NCBI GenBank assembly: GCA_033763315.1
Contig: JANRKS010000019.1
Span: 257,018 to 321,017 of the forward strand
DNA: 64,000 nucleotides
Source of the DNA: Deltaproteobacteria bacterium
GTDB taxonomy: Bacteria; Myxococcota_A; Polyangia; Fen-1088
Direction: 5' to 3'
The position numbers were made by a program, and so were the translations under genes. This document shows, piece by piece, positions 40,520 through 50,056 of this stretch (position 1 is its first letter; each line of letters opens with the position of its first letter). The notes beneath the pieces are model-generated. The model was not told the DNA's origin and made no database searches. It saw nothing but the letters and a program-made list of their open reading frames with translations.

Positions 40520-41827
40520 CTACCAAATGAAGACCACTGAAATGGCACGTACGTCGTTCGCCACGTTGGGGGCGCCACGGCGCTCCTGATTGAACAGCCA
40601 CTCGCCTTTGACCACCACAGATTCTGCGAGATCGAAACGAACGCCCGTTGTCAGCCGCGCCACGTCCAGCTGCGGAAAACCTTCGAAGCGCGCGCGGCGG
40701 TAACCAAGCCGCACGTAAGGCGTTGCCCTTTCCAGCCAGCGCCAAGGCAGCGCAATTGACCACGCCGCTTGCGCCCAAAAGCCGCGCGCCTCGAACTCTG
40801 AAGCCCAAAAGCGCGGCCCGAGCGGCGTCAGCTTTTCGGCGGCATCACCGTCGTCTTCTTGAACGTCAACGTATTCGCCAGACAGCGAAAGCCCGGCAAC
40901 GTATAGACGCGCGTCGGCGCCCCACAAGCGCATGCCTTTAGCGCTTTGGCGTTGATCGTTGCGCGGGCCTTGCAAAGCGCTCACGCCCAGCTTGAGCTGA
41001 AACCGCGGCAGGTTTAGCTCATAGCCCGCGCGGCCCGACAACACCGGCCGACCGGTGAGGCTGGCCGACTGTGTTTGCAGCGCTTCGATGAACGTCGGGC
41101 CATTGGTGGCGGCGACATTGATGGAAAGGGCGGACCACAACCGCGGCAGCTGCGTGCGGTAAAAGGCCTTGGCGCCCAACTGCGTGCCGGTGGTGTAGCG
41201 GGCCATCAACGATGGCGTGATGCCCGTGCGCAAGGTCGCTTGGTTGTCCAAGTACTCGATGCCAAACACCGCGTCGGCTTTGCCAATGGTCAACGCGAAT
41301 TCGTGCGAGGCAAAGGGAATGACGCGGGCGAAGGCCTGTTCGATCAGCACCTGCGTTTGTTCGCCTGTGGCCAAAAAGCGCGGCATCGCCTGCGCGCGCA
41401 CAAACACCAGGTAACTGCCATTGGCGTTCGAAGCGCGCAGATCCGCGCTGATCGTATTGAGCAAGAAAGAAGGCCGGCCCCCGATCCCTACGCTTCGGGG
41501 AACGAAGCCATTGTTGGCGGCGTTGGCGTTGGTCGAAGCGACGTCGCCGCGGCTGTTAACAGCGGGGGCGAAGGCATCCACGCCATAATCGTTTGGCACG
41601 CGCGTGTCGCCCGGGACCCAGCTGGTTCCGTTGCCTTGGGCGTCGGCGAAACCCACGTCAACGTAACCGGCCGTGACAACCGTGGGGCCGGCGGGCGTGG
41701 GTGAATACCCTTGCACGGGTTCGTCATCGTTGGCGTCACCGGTTTGGGTGGCAACGGCTTGCGCCCACAGCGCACGCGAAGGGCAAGCGCACAGCAACGC
41801 AATTGCAACCGCCGCACGCCGTCTCAT
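40520..41827 (-). CDS. Outer-membrane beta-barrel (porin-like) protein
   Basis: Signal 'AAVAIALLCACPSRALWAQA', alternating amphipathic strands, and a C-terminal '...RAISVVFIW' aromatic terminus. Confidence 0.55.
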   Translation of the reverse strand: MRRRAAVAIALLCACPSRALWAQAVATQTGDANDDEPVQGYSPTPAGPTVVTAGYVDVGFADAQGNGTSWVPGDTRVPNDYGVDAFAPAVNSRGDVASTNANAANNGFVPRSVGIGGRPSFLLNTISADLRASNANGSYLVFVRAQAMPRFLATGEQTQVLIEQAFARVIPFASHEFALTIGKADAVFGIEYLDNQATLRTGITPSLMARYTTGTQLGAKAFYRTQLPRLWSALSINVAATNGPTFIEALQTQSASLTGRPVLSGRAGYELNLPRFQLKLGVSALQGPRNDQRQSAKGMRLWGADARLYVAGLSLSGEYVDVQEDDGDAAEKLTPLGPRFWASEFEARGFWAQAAWSIALPWRWLERATPYVRLGYRRARFEGFPQLDVARLTTGVRFDLAESVVVKGEWLFNQERRGAPNVANDVRAISVVFIW

Positions 41828-43074
41828 AGGGGCGCTCCCGGAGCCGGCGCAAGCAACGGAACGGGCTGCCCTTGGTAGGTGACGAATGGACACGTCGCCG
41901 TGATCTCTGAACGCACCACTTTCGCGGGCGGGAGCCGTTCTTGAATGTGCGCCTCGCTATCCAGGAAGCGGCAAACTGTGGCCGGGATGGGTTGGGCTGG
42001 AGCTGCATTAAAGGCCAGGTTGATGGCCGCGGCGCAAGCCGCCGCATCGAGCACGGGGCGGAAGAACAAATGGGGCGCCTGCACCCCCGGGCTGGCTTCG
42101 GCTGCGGTGAGCCCACTTTCCATGATTGTCGCTATTCGCGCCGTTTGTGCGGCGGTGCTTGGCTGGGGAACCACCACGCCAGCGGTGGAGGGAAGATCCA
42201 CAAAATGCAGGCGCCAGTAAGAACCAAACGAGGGGCGGTTGTTGGGCGCCGAGCCGCTTTGCGCTGCTGGACCGCGACCGCCGACGCTTGGCAGACCACC
42301 CAGCTTCGGGCCGCTCAACGCTGTGGCCTGATGTCGAAACACGTACAGAGGATCTTCATTAACGACGCCGTTTGCGGCGAAGGTGAAACGGTCGTCGCCA
42401 AACGACACGACGCTGACGGGTTGCGAGATTCCGTCGACCCATCCTGCGCCGACACCCACGCCCCCGACGATGTTTGTTCCGAGCAGCGGGTGAAGTGGGG
42501 GAACCGGGGTGGGCAATCGAAGCTGGCCAGTGAGATCGGTGCCTGATGGTGCCAACGAGCATAAACGACCCGGGCCGGCCACCAGAGGGTAACCCGAGTC
42601 TAAAACGGCGCGCGTGGTGCGAAAGTCGGGTGTTGGCGCGCCGGGGGGCACAACCACGAAGAAGACGCGCCAATAAGGGCTGTAAAACGCGCTGTCGGCG
42701 CCCACCGAGAACACGGGGAGCGCCCCGGAAATGGGCTGGATGACGCCCTTCATCTCCTGCGCCATCACGTACATGGGCTGCACCCAAACATCAGAGAACC
42801 CTTGCCAATATTCAGTGGTGACGTAGGCCGCCGGTTCGCCATCATCAAACGCCGGAATCACATCCAACGAAAGGTTGTTTTCCATGGACAAGCGATATCG
42901 ACCCTTCATGGGCAGCCCCAGGGGTTCAACCACAGCGGACCCGGCCACAAGTTGATCTTTGATGTTGAACAAGGTCACCCACGCGGCTGTGGGGCGATCG
43001 TTTGTGCTTGTGCAGCCCACCATCGCCACGAGCGTGGCGGCCCAGAGAGGAAGTGACATCGCGCGAAGGTTCAC
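41824..43074 (-). CDS. Hypothetical lipoprotein
   Basis: Lipobox 'LVAMVGCT'. No recognised domain. 4-bp overlap with the downstream outer-membrane gene. Confidence 0.5.
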   Translation of the reverse strand: MNLRAMSLPLWAATLVAMVGCTSTNDRPTAAWVTLFNIKDQLVAGSAVVEPLGLPMKGRYRLSMENNLSLDVIPAFDDGEPAAYVTTEYWQGFSDVWVQPMYVMAQEMKGVIQPISGALPVFSVGADSAFYSPYWRVFFVVVPPGAPTPDFRTTRAVLDSGYPLVAGPGRLCSLAPSGTDLTGQLRLPTPVPPLHPLLGTNIVGGVGVGAGWVDGISQPVSVVSFGDDRFTFAANGVVNEDPLYVFRHQATALSGPKLGGLPSVGGRGPAAQSGSAPNNRPSFGSYWRLHFVDLPSTAGVVVPQPSTAAQTARIATIMESGLTAAEASPGVQAPHLFFRPVLDAAACAAAINLAFNAAPAQPIPATVCRFLDSEAHIQERLPPAKVVRSEITATCPFVTYQGQPVPLLAPAPGAPL

Positions 43075-43095
43075 GAGCGTTCTCCTGGCTGGCGT

Positions 43096-45207
43096 TTACG
43101 ACAGGTCGGTCTTGCGCGCGTCCCCGCGGGTCGGCGCTTGGTTGTGTGAAGCGGTTGGGCGTTGGCTGGTGTCGCTGGGAAGCGCGGCCGAAAACCGGCT
43201 TTCTTCTTCGTCGAACTCGCTGCGGAATAAACTTTGGATGAGCTGCGCGAGATTGACGGCGTGATTGCGCACGTGGGGCTCCACATCCGCCAAAAACGCC
43301 AGCGCGTTTGGATATCGCTGATCCGGCTGCACCATGAGGGCACGGCCCACGATGTGGTTCAGCGGTTCGGGCAGTGATGCGATTTGGGCAAGCATCGATT
43401 CGTCGGGGCCGGTGGCGGCCCGCACGAGCAGTTCGTAGGGGGTGCCACCATGATAAAGGGGCTGCCCTGCGGCGGCGTAATACATCACAAGGCCCAGCGA
43501 GAACAGGTCAGCGCGCGCATCGAGTGCCGTGCCGCGCGCTTGCTCGGGGCTCATGAAGCTGACATTGCCTTTGACCACGCCTTGCTCGGTTTGCGTCACC
43601 CGGCCTTCAGCTTTCACGATGCCGAAATCGAACAACTTCACCTCGCCGCCGGCCGAAATCAAAATGTTGCTTGGCGAAACATCGCGGTGAACCACGCCCA
43701 AAGGCCGGCCATCGTCGCCTCGGCGGTTGTGTGCGTAGTCGAGCGCCTTAAGCGTTTCTGCCATCACGTGCAAAATCACAGGCACGGACAAGGCGCGGCC
43801 TTGTGTTGCGATCGATTTGCTCACCGTGCGGCCCAGATCTCGACCGAGGATGTATTCGGTGGCTAAGTAATACTCGTCACCGACGCGGCCGAAATCAAAC
43901 ACGGGAATGATGTTGGAGTGCACCATCAACGAGCCCAGTTTTGCTTCGTCGATGAATTGCGCCACCACGCTGCTTTCGTTGGCCAGCTCGGGGCGCAACC
44001 GTTTGACCACGAACCGCCGGCGAAAGCCTTCGGCGCCAACCGTGATCGCCGTAAAAACTTGGGCCATGCCGCCTTCGCCCAACATGGACACGATGGTGTA
44101 GCGCCCAAACACACGTGAATTGCGTGCGGGAGGATCGAATGTGGCTGTGGCCGCGTACGGTGAGGGTGCGTCTTGTTCAAGCGCCACCGCGCTGCCTGAG
44201 GTGGGGGACATGCGGTTGCGTCCCATGCCTGGCGCCGTTGCGCTCATTGCCGGGGCTGGCGCTGTGGTTAAAGGCGGCGGTGTGCCCTCACTGGTCTGGG
44301 TGGCCACAGGCGCTTGCCCGCCGAGCGGCGCGCCTTGGCGGAACGCGAAGAAGATCGACAAAAACGCGAGCAAACCTGCACCAGCAAATAGGGCGCTCTT
44401 GTTGATGGTGGCCGCCTGCGCCGCCTCCGTCGCGCTGGCATGTGTGTTGGCGTAGACCCACATCCATAAGCCCGGCCCCAAGCTTCGCTTCGCGGCGGCC
44501 CATTCTCCGTGCGGGCTGGTCACAGGCGCCGCCAGCGTTTCCTGCCCCACAAGCCCGGCCATTTGCACCTGAGCCTGATCTGGCCCTGCGAGCGTCAGTG
44601 CCTTGGTGCCGTTCGACACCATCACAGCGCCACCCGCGCGGCGTGAAATCTGCTCAAGCGCGTCGTTGTTCAACGGCGCCGCCAAAATCAGCACGGCAGG
44701 CAAGCGCCGCGAGGGCAGGGAGATGCGCTCGCCCGCGGCCACCCATGCCTCGCCAGCGAAGACGAGGGTATCGGAGGCCAAGCCGCGGCTGCGCACCTTT
44801 TGAATCAAGGCGGACGCGTCCACCGTTTCGGCGCCCAAGACCAATTCGGGGCTGCGCTCGCTGAGCGACAGAACAACAACGCCAAAATCGCGGCGGAATG
44901 GCTCCCACCACACCTCGCGGTCAAACGCGTCTTTGAGTGTGGCGGTGATGCTGGAGGGGTCGTCGGCCTCGCGCAGGATCGACAAGATCTTCATGAGCTC
45001 GGGCCGGCTGCTGGCGGCGGCCACGCGTGGCTCAAGGGTGTGGAGCTGCGTGGCCAGCGCGTCTTCGAGTTTGGCCAAAGCTTGATCGGCCGCGCGCGAT
45101 GCGTCCGTCTGAGCCCGGGCGTCCCGCCGTAGATCGATGCTGGGCACCGAGGCCGCCGCGGCTCCCAGCGCTGCCAGCGCAACGAGCACGCCCAAGAATC
45201 GCTTCAC
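43096..45207 (-). CDS. Receptor-like Ser/Thr protein kinase: signal peptide, ~290-aa periplasmic domain, TM helix, C-terminal Hanks kinase domain
   Basis: Kinase motifs 'LGEGGMAQVF', 'VVKRL', 'HRDVSPSNILI', 'DFG' and 'SPEQ' lie in the C-terminal 300 aa. TM 'ALFAGAGLLAFLSIFFAF'. Confidence 0.8.
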   Translation of the reverse strand: MKRFLGVLVALAALGAAAASVPSIDLRRDARAQTDASRAADQALAKLEDALATQLHTLEPRVAAASSRPELMKILSILREADDPSSITATLKDAFDREVWWEPFRRDFGVVVLSLSERSPELVLGAETVDASALIQKVRSRGLASDTLVFAGEAWVAAGERISLPSRRLPAVLILAAPLNNDALEQISRRAGGAVMVSNGTKALTLAGPDQAQVQMAGLVGQETLAAPVTSPHGEWAAAKRSLGPGLWMWVYANTHASATEAAQAATINKSALFAGAGLLAFLSIFFAFRQGAPLGGQAPVATQTSEGTPPPLTTAPAPAMSATAPGMGRNRMSPTSGSAVALEQDAPSPYAATATFDPPARNSRVFGRYTIVSMLGEGGMAQVFTAITVGAEGFRRRFVVKRLRPELANESSVVAQFIDEAKLGSLMVHSNIIPVFDFGRVGDEYYLATEYILGRDLGRTVSKSIATQGRALSVPVILHVMAETLKALDYAHNRRGDDGRPLGVVHRDVSPSNILISAGGEVKLFDFGIVKAEGRVTQTEQGVVKGNVSFMSPEQARGTALDARADLFSLGLVMYYAAAGQPLYHGGTPYELLVRAATGPDESMLAQIASLPEPLNHIVGRALMVQPDQRYPNALAFLADVEPHVRNHAVNLAQLIQSLFRSEFDEEESRFSAALPSDTSQRPTASHNQAPTRGDARKTDLS

Positions 45208-45289
45208 AGCCGCGGATCTTCCTCTTTGTGCGGCCCCGCGTCAACCACGCTGTTGGCACGGGGCCCCGGTGCCTCTGGCGCGATGTAGG

Positions 45290-46399
45290 TTAAGGCGCGC
45301 CGAACGTGGTTTCGCCCTCGCTGACGAGGTTCTGCGCGTCGGGCGACAACGTCATCCAGCCTGCGGTGAACTCGCTGCGCGCGAAGGTTTGCACCGGTGA
45401 GGGGGCGGCGCCCGCTGTGCCTGCTTCGCCGCCAGAGCGACCGAGATCGAGCCATCCCACCAGTTTGTTGCGATACAGGTACTCAATGCGCACCACAACT
45501 TTGGGCTCACCAGCCGCGGGCTTTTCGCCTTTGCCCAATACCTCTGCCGGGAACAGCGCGAACACGCGCTCATGCCAGTTGCCGGCGGTTTGGTCGGGCT
45601 TATCGGGAGCGGATGCGGGAAGCAGTTCACCACCCGGACGGCCGTCGAAGCGGCGGAATTGAAACTCCTTCTTCTTGCCGCTGGCTGTGATCACCACTTT
45701 ATCGACGTCGGCCATGATGAAGCCGTGCAACTTGCGCTGGGTCATGTTGGTTCGCGCGGCCTGAAAGTCAGATAGGATCTGACGAGCCACGATGTAAACC
45801 ATGCCGTCTTCGTCGTCGCGCACGTAGGGATCCGTGCCGCCTGGAGGCGCCGGGGCCAAGGTGAAGGTTTTTGTTACGCCCTTGAAGGTGACCTTCAAGC
45901 GCTTTTTGGGCTGATCAAGACCCAGGTCTTTGACCTTTTCAGCGTCAAGCTTGCCAAGGGCGCGTGAAGCGGAAAACGGCGAAAACAGATCCCACATTTT
46001 TTCGGCGCTCTCGTTGCCGCGCACCAGCCGTTCGGGCACCGCTGTTTGCACCATCGGGTGGCCCGACGGTAAGGCGACGTTCGAGCCTTCTTTGCCCGCG
46101 AGCCGCATCCACACAGCGCGACCCGCGTCTTCCTTCGTGCTTGTGAGCTCAACCCAATCGCGCACCTTCGGTTCGGCCGGCGCCGGCGCGTCCTTAGGTT
46201 TGGCGTTTTTGTCGTCCGCCTCGGGCTTGGCCACAGGCTCAAGCTCTTCGTAGCGAATGCTTTGCAATTCGCCTTTGGTGATGTCGAGAATGTAGGCTTG
46301 GCCATTGTCGAGCGAGGGCTCGCGTTGCCATGTGAAATAGGCGGCGATCAATCCCGCCAGGGCCAGCAATCCCTGAGTGGTGGCGGCTCGGCGGTTCAT
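45290..46399 (-). CDS. DUF4340-like protein (partner of GldG-type ABC auxiliary proteins)
   Basis: N-terminal TM anchor; composition and length match DUF4340. 4-bp overlap with gldG-like. Confidence 0.55.
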   Translation of the reverse strand: MNRRAATTQGLLALAGLIAAYFTWQREPSLDNGQAYILDITKGELQSIRYEELEPVAKPEADDKNAKPKDAPAPAEPKVRDWVELTSTKEDAGRAVWMRLAGKEGSNVALPSGHPMVQTAVPERLVRGNESAEKMWDLFSPFSASRALGKLDAEKVKDLGLDQPKKRLKVTFKGVTKTFTLAPAPPGGTDPYVRDDEDGMVYIVARQILSDFQAARTNMTQRKLHGFIMADVDKVVITASGKKKEFQFRRFDGRPGGELLPASAPDKPDQTAGNWHERVFALFPAEVLGKGEKPAAGEPKVVVRIEYLYRNKLVGWLDLGRSGGEAGTAGAAPSPVQTFARSEFTAGWMTLSPDAQNLVSEGETTFGAP

Positions 46400-48321
46400 T
46401 GTGAATCCTCCTGCTTGGCAACGGCATTCGTCGCCGGGGGCGCTTGCGGGGGCTCGGCTTTCGTCACGGCCTTGCGTGCCTTGCGGCTGCGGCGTGTGAA
46501 CAGCAACCCGAAACCCACAACCAGCGCCGGTGCCAGAACAACGCTGCCATAAAACCAGCCCAAGTCTTGTTTGCGGGTATGCACGATGGGCACGTCTTCT
46601 TCGTTGTTGATGCGTCCAGAAATGCTCTCTTCGCCGCCCAGCCAGCGCACGGCATCGACGAACATCGCAGCGTTGCCTTGGTTGCGCACAGCCAGATCGG
46701 TCAGCGCATCCGAATCGGCCAGCACAACCGCGCGGCCTTCTTCTTCAGGCAATACGGCGCTGGCCGTGCGTTTGGTTACCACCGCTGCCAACTCATAAGC
46801 GCGACGAACTTCCGTGCCGCTGTCGAACTCGAAATTCCCGTTCACGTCATTCCACGTCTTGGCGTCGGCGTGAATCGTGAAGCGACGGTTGACGAGGCCA
46901 CCGGGATCGGTGCCGTTGTCCAGCGAGCCGGTTGTGGGAAACACCACGGGCAAGCGGCGCCCGTACTTTGACAGGGTGGTGACCGCCACGTGCGACGAGT
47001 AATTCGCGGAAATGAGGTTCACCCGATCTGATGTGGCGAATGTGCGGGTGGCGTAGATCTGGTCATGCGCCAAATTTGTGGTGCTGAATGTTAAGCCCAA
47101 GTGGTTCAGCAGGTTGTCGAACTTTTGGCCGGACTCCGGATCCAACGCCAACAACACACGTCCCTTCCGATCGATGTAGCGTTCGATCGACGTGGCTTCT
47201 TCAGGGCTAAAAGGCTCCTTCGGGCCGATCACCATGACGATCGTGGCATCATCGGGCACAGCAGACCCCAGCCCATCGGCCAAGCCCAAATCGCGCACTT
47301 CGTAACCTTGGTCCAACAGCAAGCCACGAATGAGGCCAATCGTGTCGCGCTTGTCTGTGTCGCCCATGCTGCTGGGCGAGCGTTCGCCGTGGCCTTGGGT
47401 GAGGTAGGCCACGCGCGCGGCGCGGGTAACCCCCAGAAGGCGTTTGTTCACTTCTTCATCCAAGCGCTTGAGTTGATCGCGTGCGCGTTCCATCTCAAGC
47501 GGAATGGCGATCTGTTCGCGCAGCTTGTCGCGGCCCACCACGATGATGCCGTTGCCGCTGACGCCAAGCTCTTTGGCTTTGGCTGGATTGATGGCCTGAT
47601 CGTAAGTTTCAACCACCAGAAGCTTGGACTTTTGCTTCAAGTCGTCGAAGTAACTTTCGACCTCCTCGTGCACTTCGTTGGCCGGCGGAAAGAACAGGTA
47701 AACCTGAACAGGCTTGTCGAGGGCGGCCACGATCTTGAGCGTGCTTTCGCCACCTTTGGCCACGCGGAAGTAGGAAAGATCCTTTTTCACGTCGCGCTCG
47801 GACGCCACGAAAGCGAACGAGAACACGAACACCAGGGCGAATCCGATGCCCAACCCGGACGTCATCGCGGCGCGCACGCGCGGCAGGTCACGCACCGGGG
47901 CGCGGGCCATGCTGGCCAACGACAATTCAACAAAGACCACCGGTAAAGTGCCCAACACCAAACACGCAGGCCATAGCGTTTCCAATACGGCAGCCACGCG
48001 GGGCCACGTTTTCTGCAACGTGTGGCCCGTGAGATGGAAATAGACGTCGGACGAGAAGAAATAGGCCAGCAACGCCACGGCGCCCAGCGCATAGAGCGTG
48101 AGCAACGCCTTTTCCGGTCCTCGATGGGCAGAGTCGCGTTTGCCGAGGCGGGCCGCTTGCCAACCCGCACCTGCGACCACGGCGAGAACGCCGGCCACCG
48201 TGGCGACGATGGACGCCGGGCCGCTGGTCAGCAGCCGCTCGCCCACGAACACCAAAATCAACCCTGCGCCGTAGGTCAGCGAGGGCAGTGCCGAATACGC
48301 TTGTTTGCTTGCTAACGCCAT
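46396..48321 (-). CDS. GldG-family ABC-transporter auxiliary component
   Basis: Several N-terminal TM helices, a large periplasmic domain and a C-terminal TM. Sits in a gldA/gldF-like context. Confidence 0.65.
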   Translation of the reverse strand: MALASKQAYSALPSLTYGAGLILVFVGERLLTSGPASIVATVAGVLAVVAGAGWQAARLGKRDSAHRGPEKALLTLYALGAVALLAYFFSSDVYFHLTGHTLQKTWPRVAAVLETLWPACLVLGTLPVVFVELSLASMARAPVRDLPRVRAAMTSGLGIGFALVFVFSFAFVASERDVKKDLSYFRVAKGGESTLKIVAALDKPVQVYLFFPPANEVHEEVESYFDDLKQKSKLLVVETYDQAINPAKAKELGVSGNGIIVVGRDKLREQIAIPLEMERARDQLKRLDEEVNKRLLGVTRAARVAYLTQGHGERSPSSMGDTDKRDTIGLIRGLLLDQGYEVRDLGLADGLGSAVPDDATIVMVIGPKEPFSPEEATSIERYIDRKGRVLLALDPESGQKFDNLLNHLGLTFSTTNLAHDQIYATRTFATSDRVNLISANYSSHVAVTTLSKYGRRLPVVFPTTGSLDNGTDPGGLVNRRFTIHADAKTWNDVNGNFEFDSGTEVRRAYELAAVVTKRTASAVLPEEEGRAVVLADSDALTDLAVRNQGNAAMFVDAVRWLGGEESISGRINNEEDVPIVHTRKQDLGWFYGSVVLAPALVVGFGLLFTRRSRKARKAVTKAEPPQAPPATNAVAKQEDSQ

Positions 48322-49037
48322 CGTCGGGCCTCCAGCACGCGCGTGGCGGCGAACAACGAGAAATAGATCAAGCCCAGGTAATACACGATGTCTCGCAGGT
48401 GAATCACGCCTCGGCCAAACGGCGTAAAGTGTTTATGAAACAAGGCGATCGACAGGAAGAACTCACTGAACGGCCGTTCGGTCACGCGCGCCAACATCCA
48501 GGCCATCAACAGCACCGACACGAGCACCGCTGAGATGATGATGGCGAGCACTTGGTTCTTGCCAATCGCCGAGCCAAACGTGCCTATCGCCAAGGTTGAA
48601 CCGCCCAACAACATGAGTCCCATGTAGCCGGCGGCCAGGTGGCCCCAGGAGATCTTGCCGTTGACCAAGATCATCAGCGGCACGTAAAGCGTCGCCAAGA
48701 TCATCAACCACAAAAACACCAGCGCGCCGATGTATTTGCCCAAGATGATCTCGCGATCGCGCACGGGTGAAGAAGCCAAAAGCGCGATGGTGCCCGTTTG
48801 CTTTTCTTCGGCCAACAGGCGCATCGAAAGCACCAAACTGCAGATCATGGTGGCGCCACTTGTGAAAAAGAAGAAGTTGTAGAGCACCTCGGCTGAACGG
48901 CGTTCCGATTCACCCATCGCCATGGCGTGGAACAAGATGCCCACCGACAACAAGAAAATGCTGGCGATCACGTAGCCGCTCATCGATCGGAAATAGGCGC
49001 CAAGCTCACGCAGCGCGATCAGTTTTACGTTCTTCAT
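48312..49037 (-). CDS. ABC-2 type permease (GldF-like)
   Basis: Six TM helices, 241 aa. Start overlaps the ATPase stop. Confidence 0.75.
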   Translation of the reverse strand: MKNVKLIALRELGAYFRSMSGYVIASIFLLSVGILFHAMAMGESERRSAEVLYNFFFFTSGATMICSLVLSMRLLAEEKQTGTIALLASSPVRDREIILGKYIGALVFLWLMILATLYVPLMILVNGKISWGHLAAGYMGLMLLGGSTLAIGTFGSAIGKNQVLAIIISAVLVSVLLMAWMLARVTERPFSEFFLSIALFHKHFTPFGRGVIHLRDIVYYLGLIYFSLFAATRVLEARRWR

Positions 49038-50023
49038 CAGGGGCTCCCCGGGGGCGTTGGCGCCGACGCTTGTGCTTGCGTGGGCTTATCGGCTGGCGCT
49101 TCACCCGCCGCCAATTTCAGGAACACGGACTCTAGGCGCGACGCCGCACGTCCCATTTGAAGCAGGTCAACCCCCGCGCCCACCAAGGCGCGGGCCAGCT
49201 GTGGCCGCAAGTCGGCGGTGGAACTGACCCGCAACGTGAATTCATCGCCGGACGTGTGAACGACCGTTACGCTGTTCACACCGGTGACGGCTTGCAGGCA
49301 CAACGTGGCCGCACCCAGATCGCCCTTGAGCGTGAAGTCAGCTTCGCCTGCGCGTTCCATCAACGTCGCCAGTTCAGACTCGGTGCCGCGTGCCACGATT
49401 TGCCCGCCCTGGATCACCAGCAAGCGATCGCAGGTTTGGCTGATTTCTGCCAAGAAGTGGCTTGAGATCAGCAGGGTATGCTCACCTCGCAGGCCGCGGA
49501 TGAGGTTGCGCATCTCAACGATCTGAACGGGGTCAAGGCCGCTTGTGGGTTCGTCCAAGATCAACAGCGATGGCTTGTGCACCAAAGCTTGTGCCAAGCC
49601 CACGCGTTGCCGGTAGCCGTGAGACAGCGCGCTGATAAGCTCGTCGTCCACATCCACAAGCCCCGTTTTCTCCTCAGCTTCGGCGACGCGCTTTTGCGCA
49701 TCAACCGCACTGACGCCGCGCAATTGAGCGGCGAACGATAGATAACGGCCCACCGTCATCTCGTTATAAAGGGGCGGCGTGTCGGGCAGAAAACCGATCC
49801 TGCCGCGCACTTCGTGGGCTTGGTCAACGGCGTTTAGGCCATCCACCATCACGGTGCCTGAGGTTGGTAACAGCACGCAGCTCAGGATCTTCAATGTGGT
49901 GCTTTTTCCGGCACCATTGAGCCCCAAAAACCCGACGACCTCACCCGATTCGATATCGAAATCGAGGTCGCGAATCGCTGCATGCTCCCCGTAATACTTC
50001 GTCAATCCGCGAACTTGAATCAT
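49037..50023 (-). CDS. ABC transporter ATP-binding protein (GldA-like)
   Basis: Walker A 'GLNGAGKST'; signature 'LSHGYRQRV'; Walker B 'LLILDEPTSGLD'. Confidence 0.9.
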   Translation of the reverse strand: MIQVRGLTKYYGEHAAIRDLDFDIESGEVVGFLGLNGAGKSTTLKILSCVLLPTSGTVMVDGLNAVDQAHEVRGRIGFLPDTPPLYNEMTVGRYLSFAAQLRGVSAVDAQKRVAEAEEKTGLVDVDDELISALSHGYRQRVGLAQALVHKPSLLILDEPTSGLDPVQIVEMRNLIRGLRGEHTLLISSHFLAEISQTCDRLLVIQGGQIVARGTESELATLMERAGEADFTLKGDLGAATLCLQAVTGVNSVTVVHTSGDEFTLRVSSTADLRPQLARALVGAGVDLLQMGRAASRLESVFLKLAAGEAPADKPTQAQASAPTPPGSP

Positions 50024-50056
50024 GGGAAAGCCGTTTACATATAACCCAAAACCACT

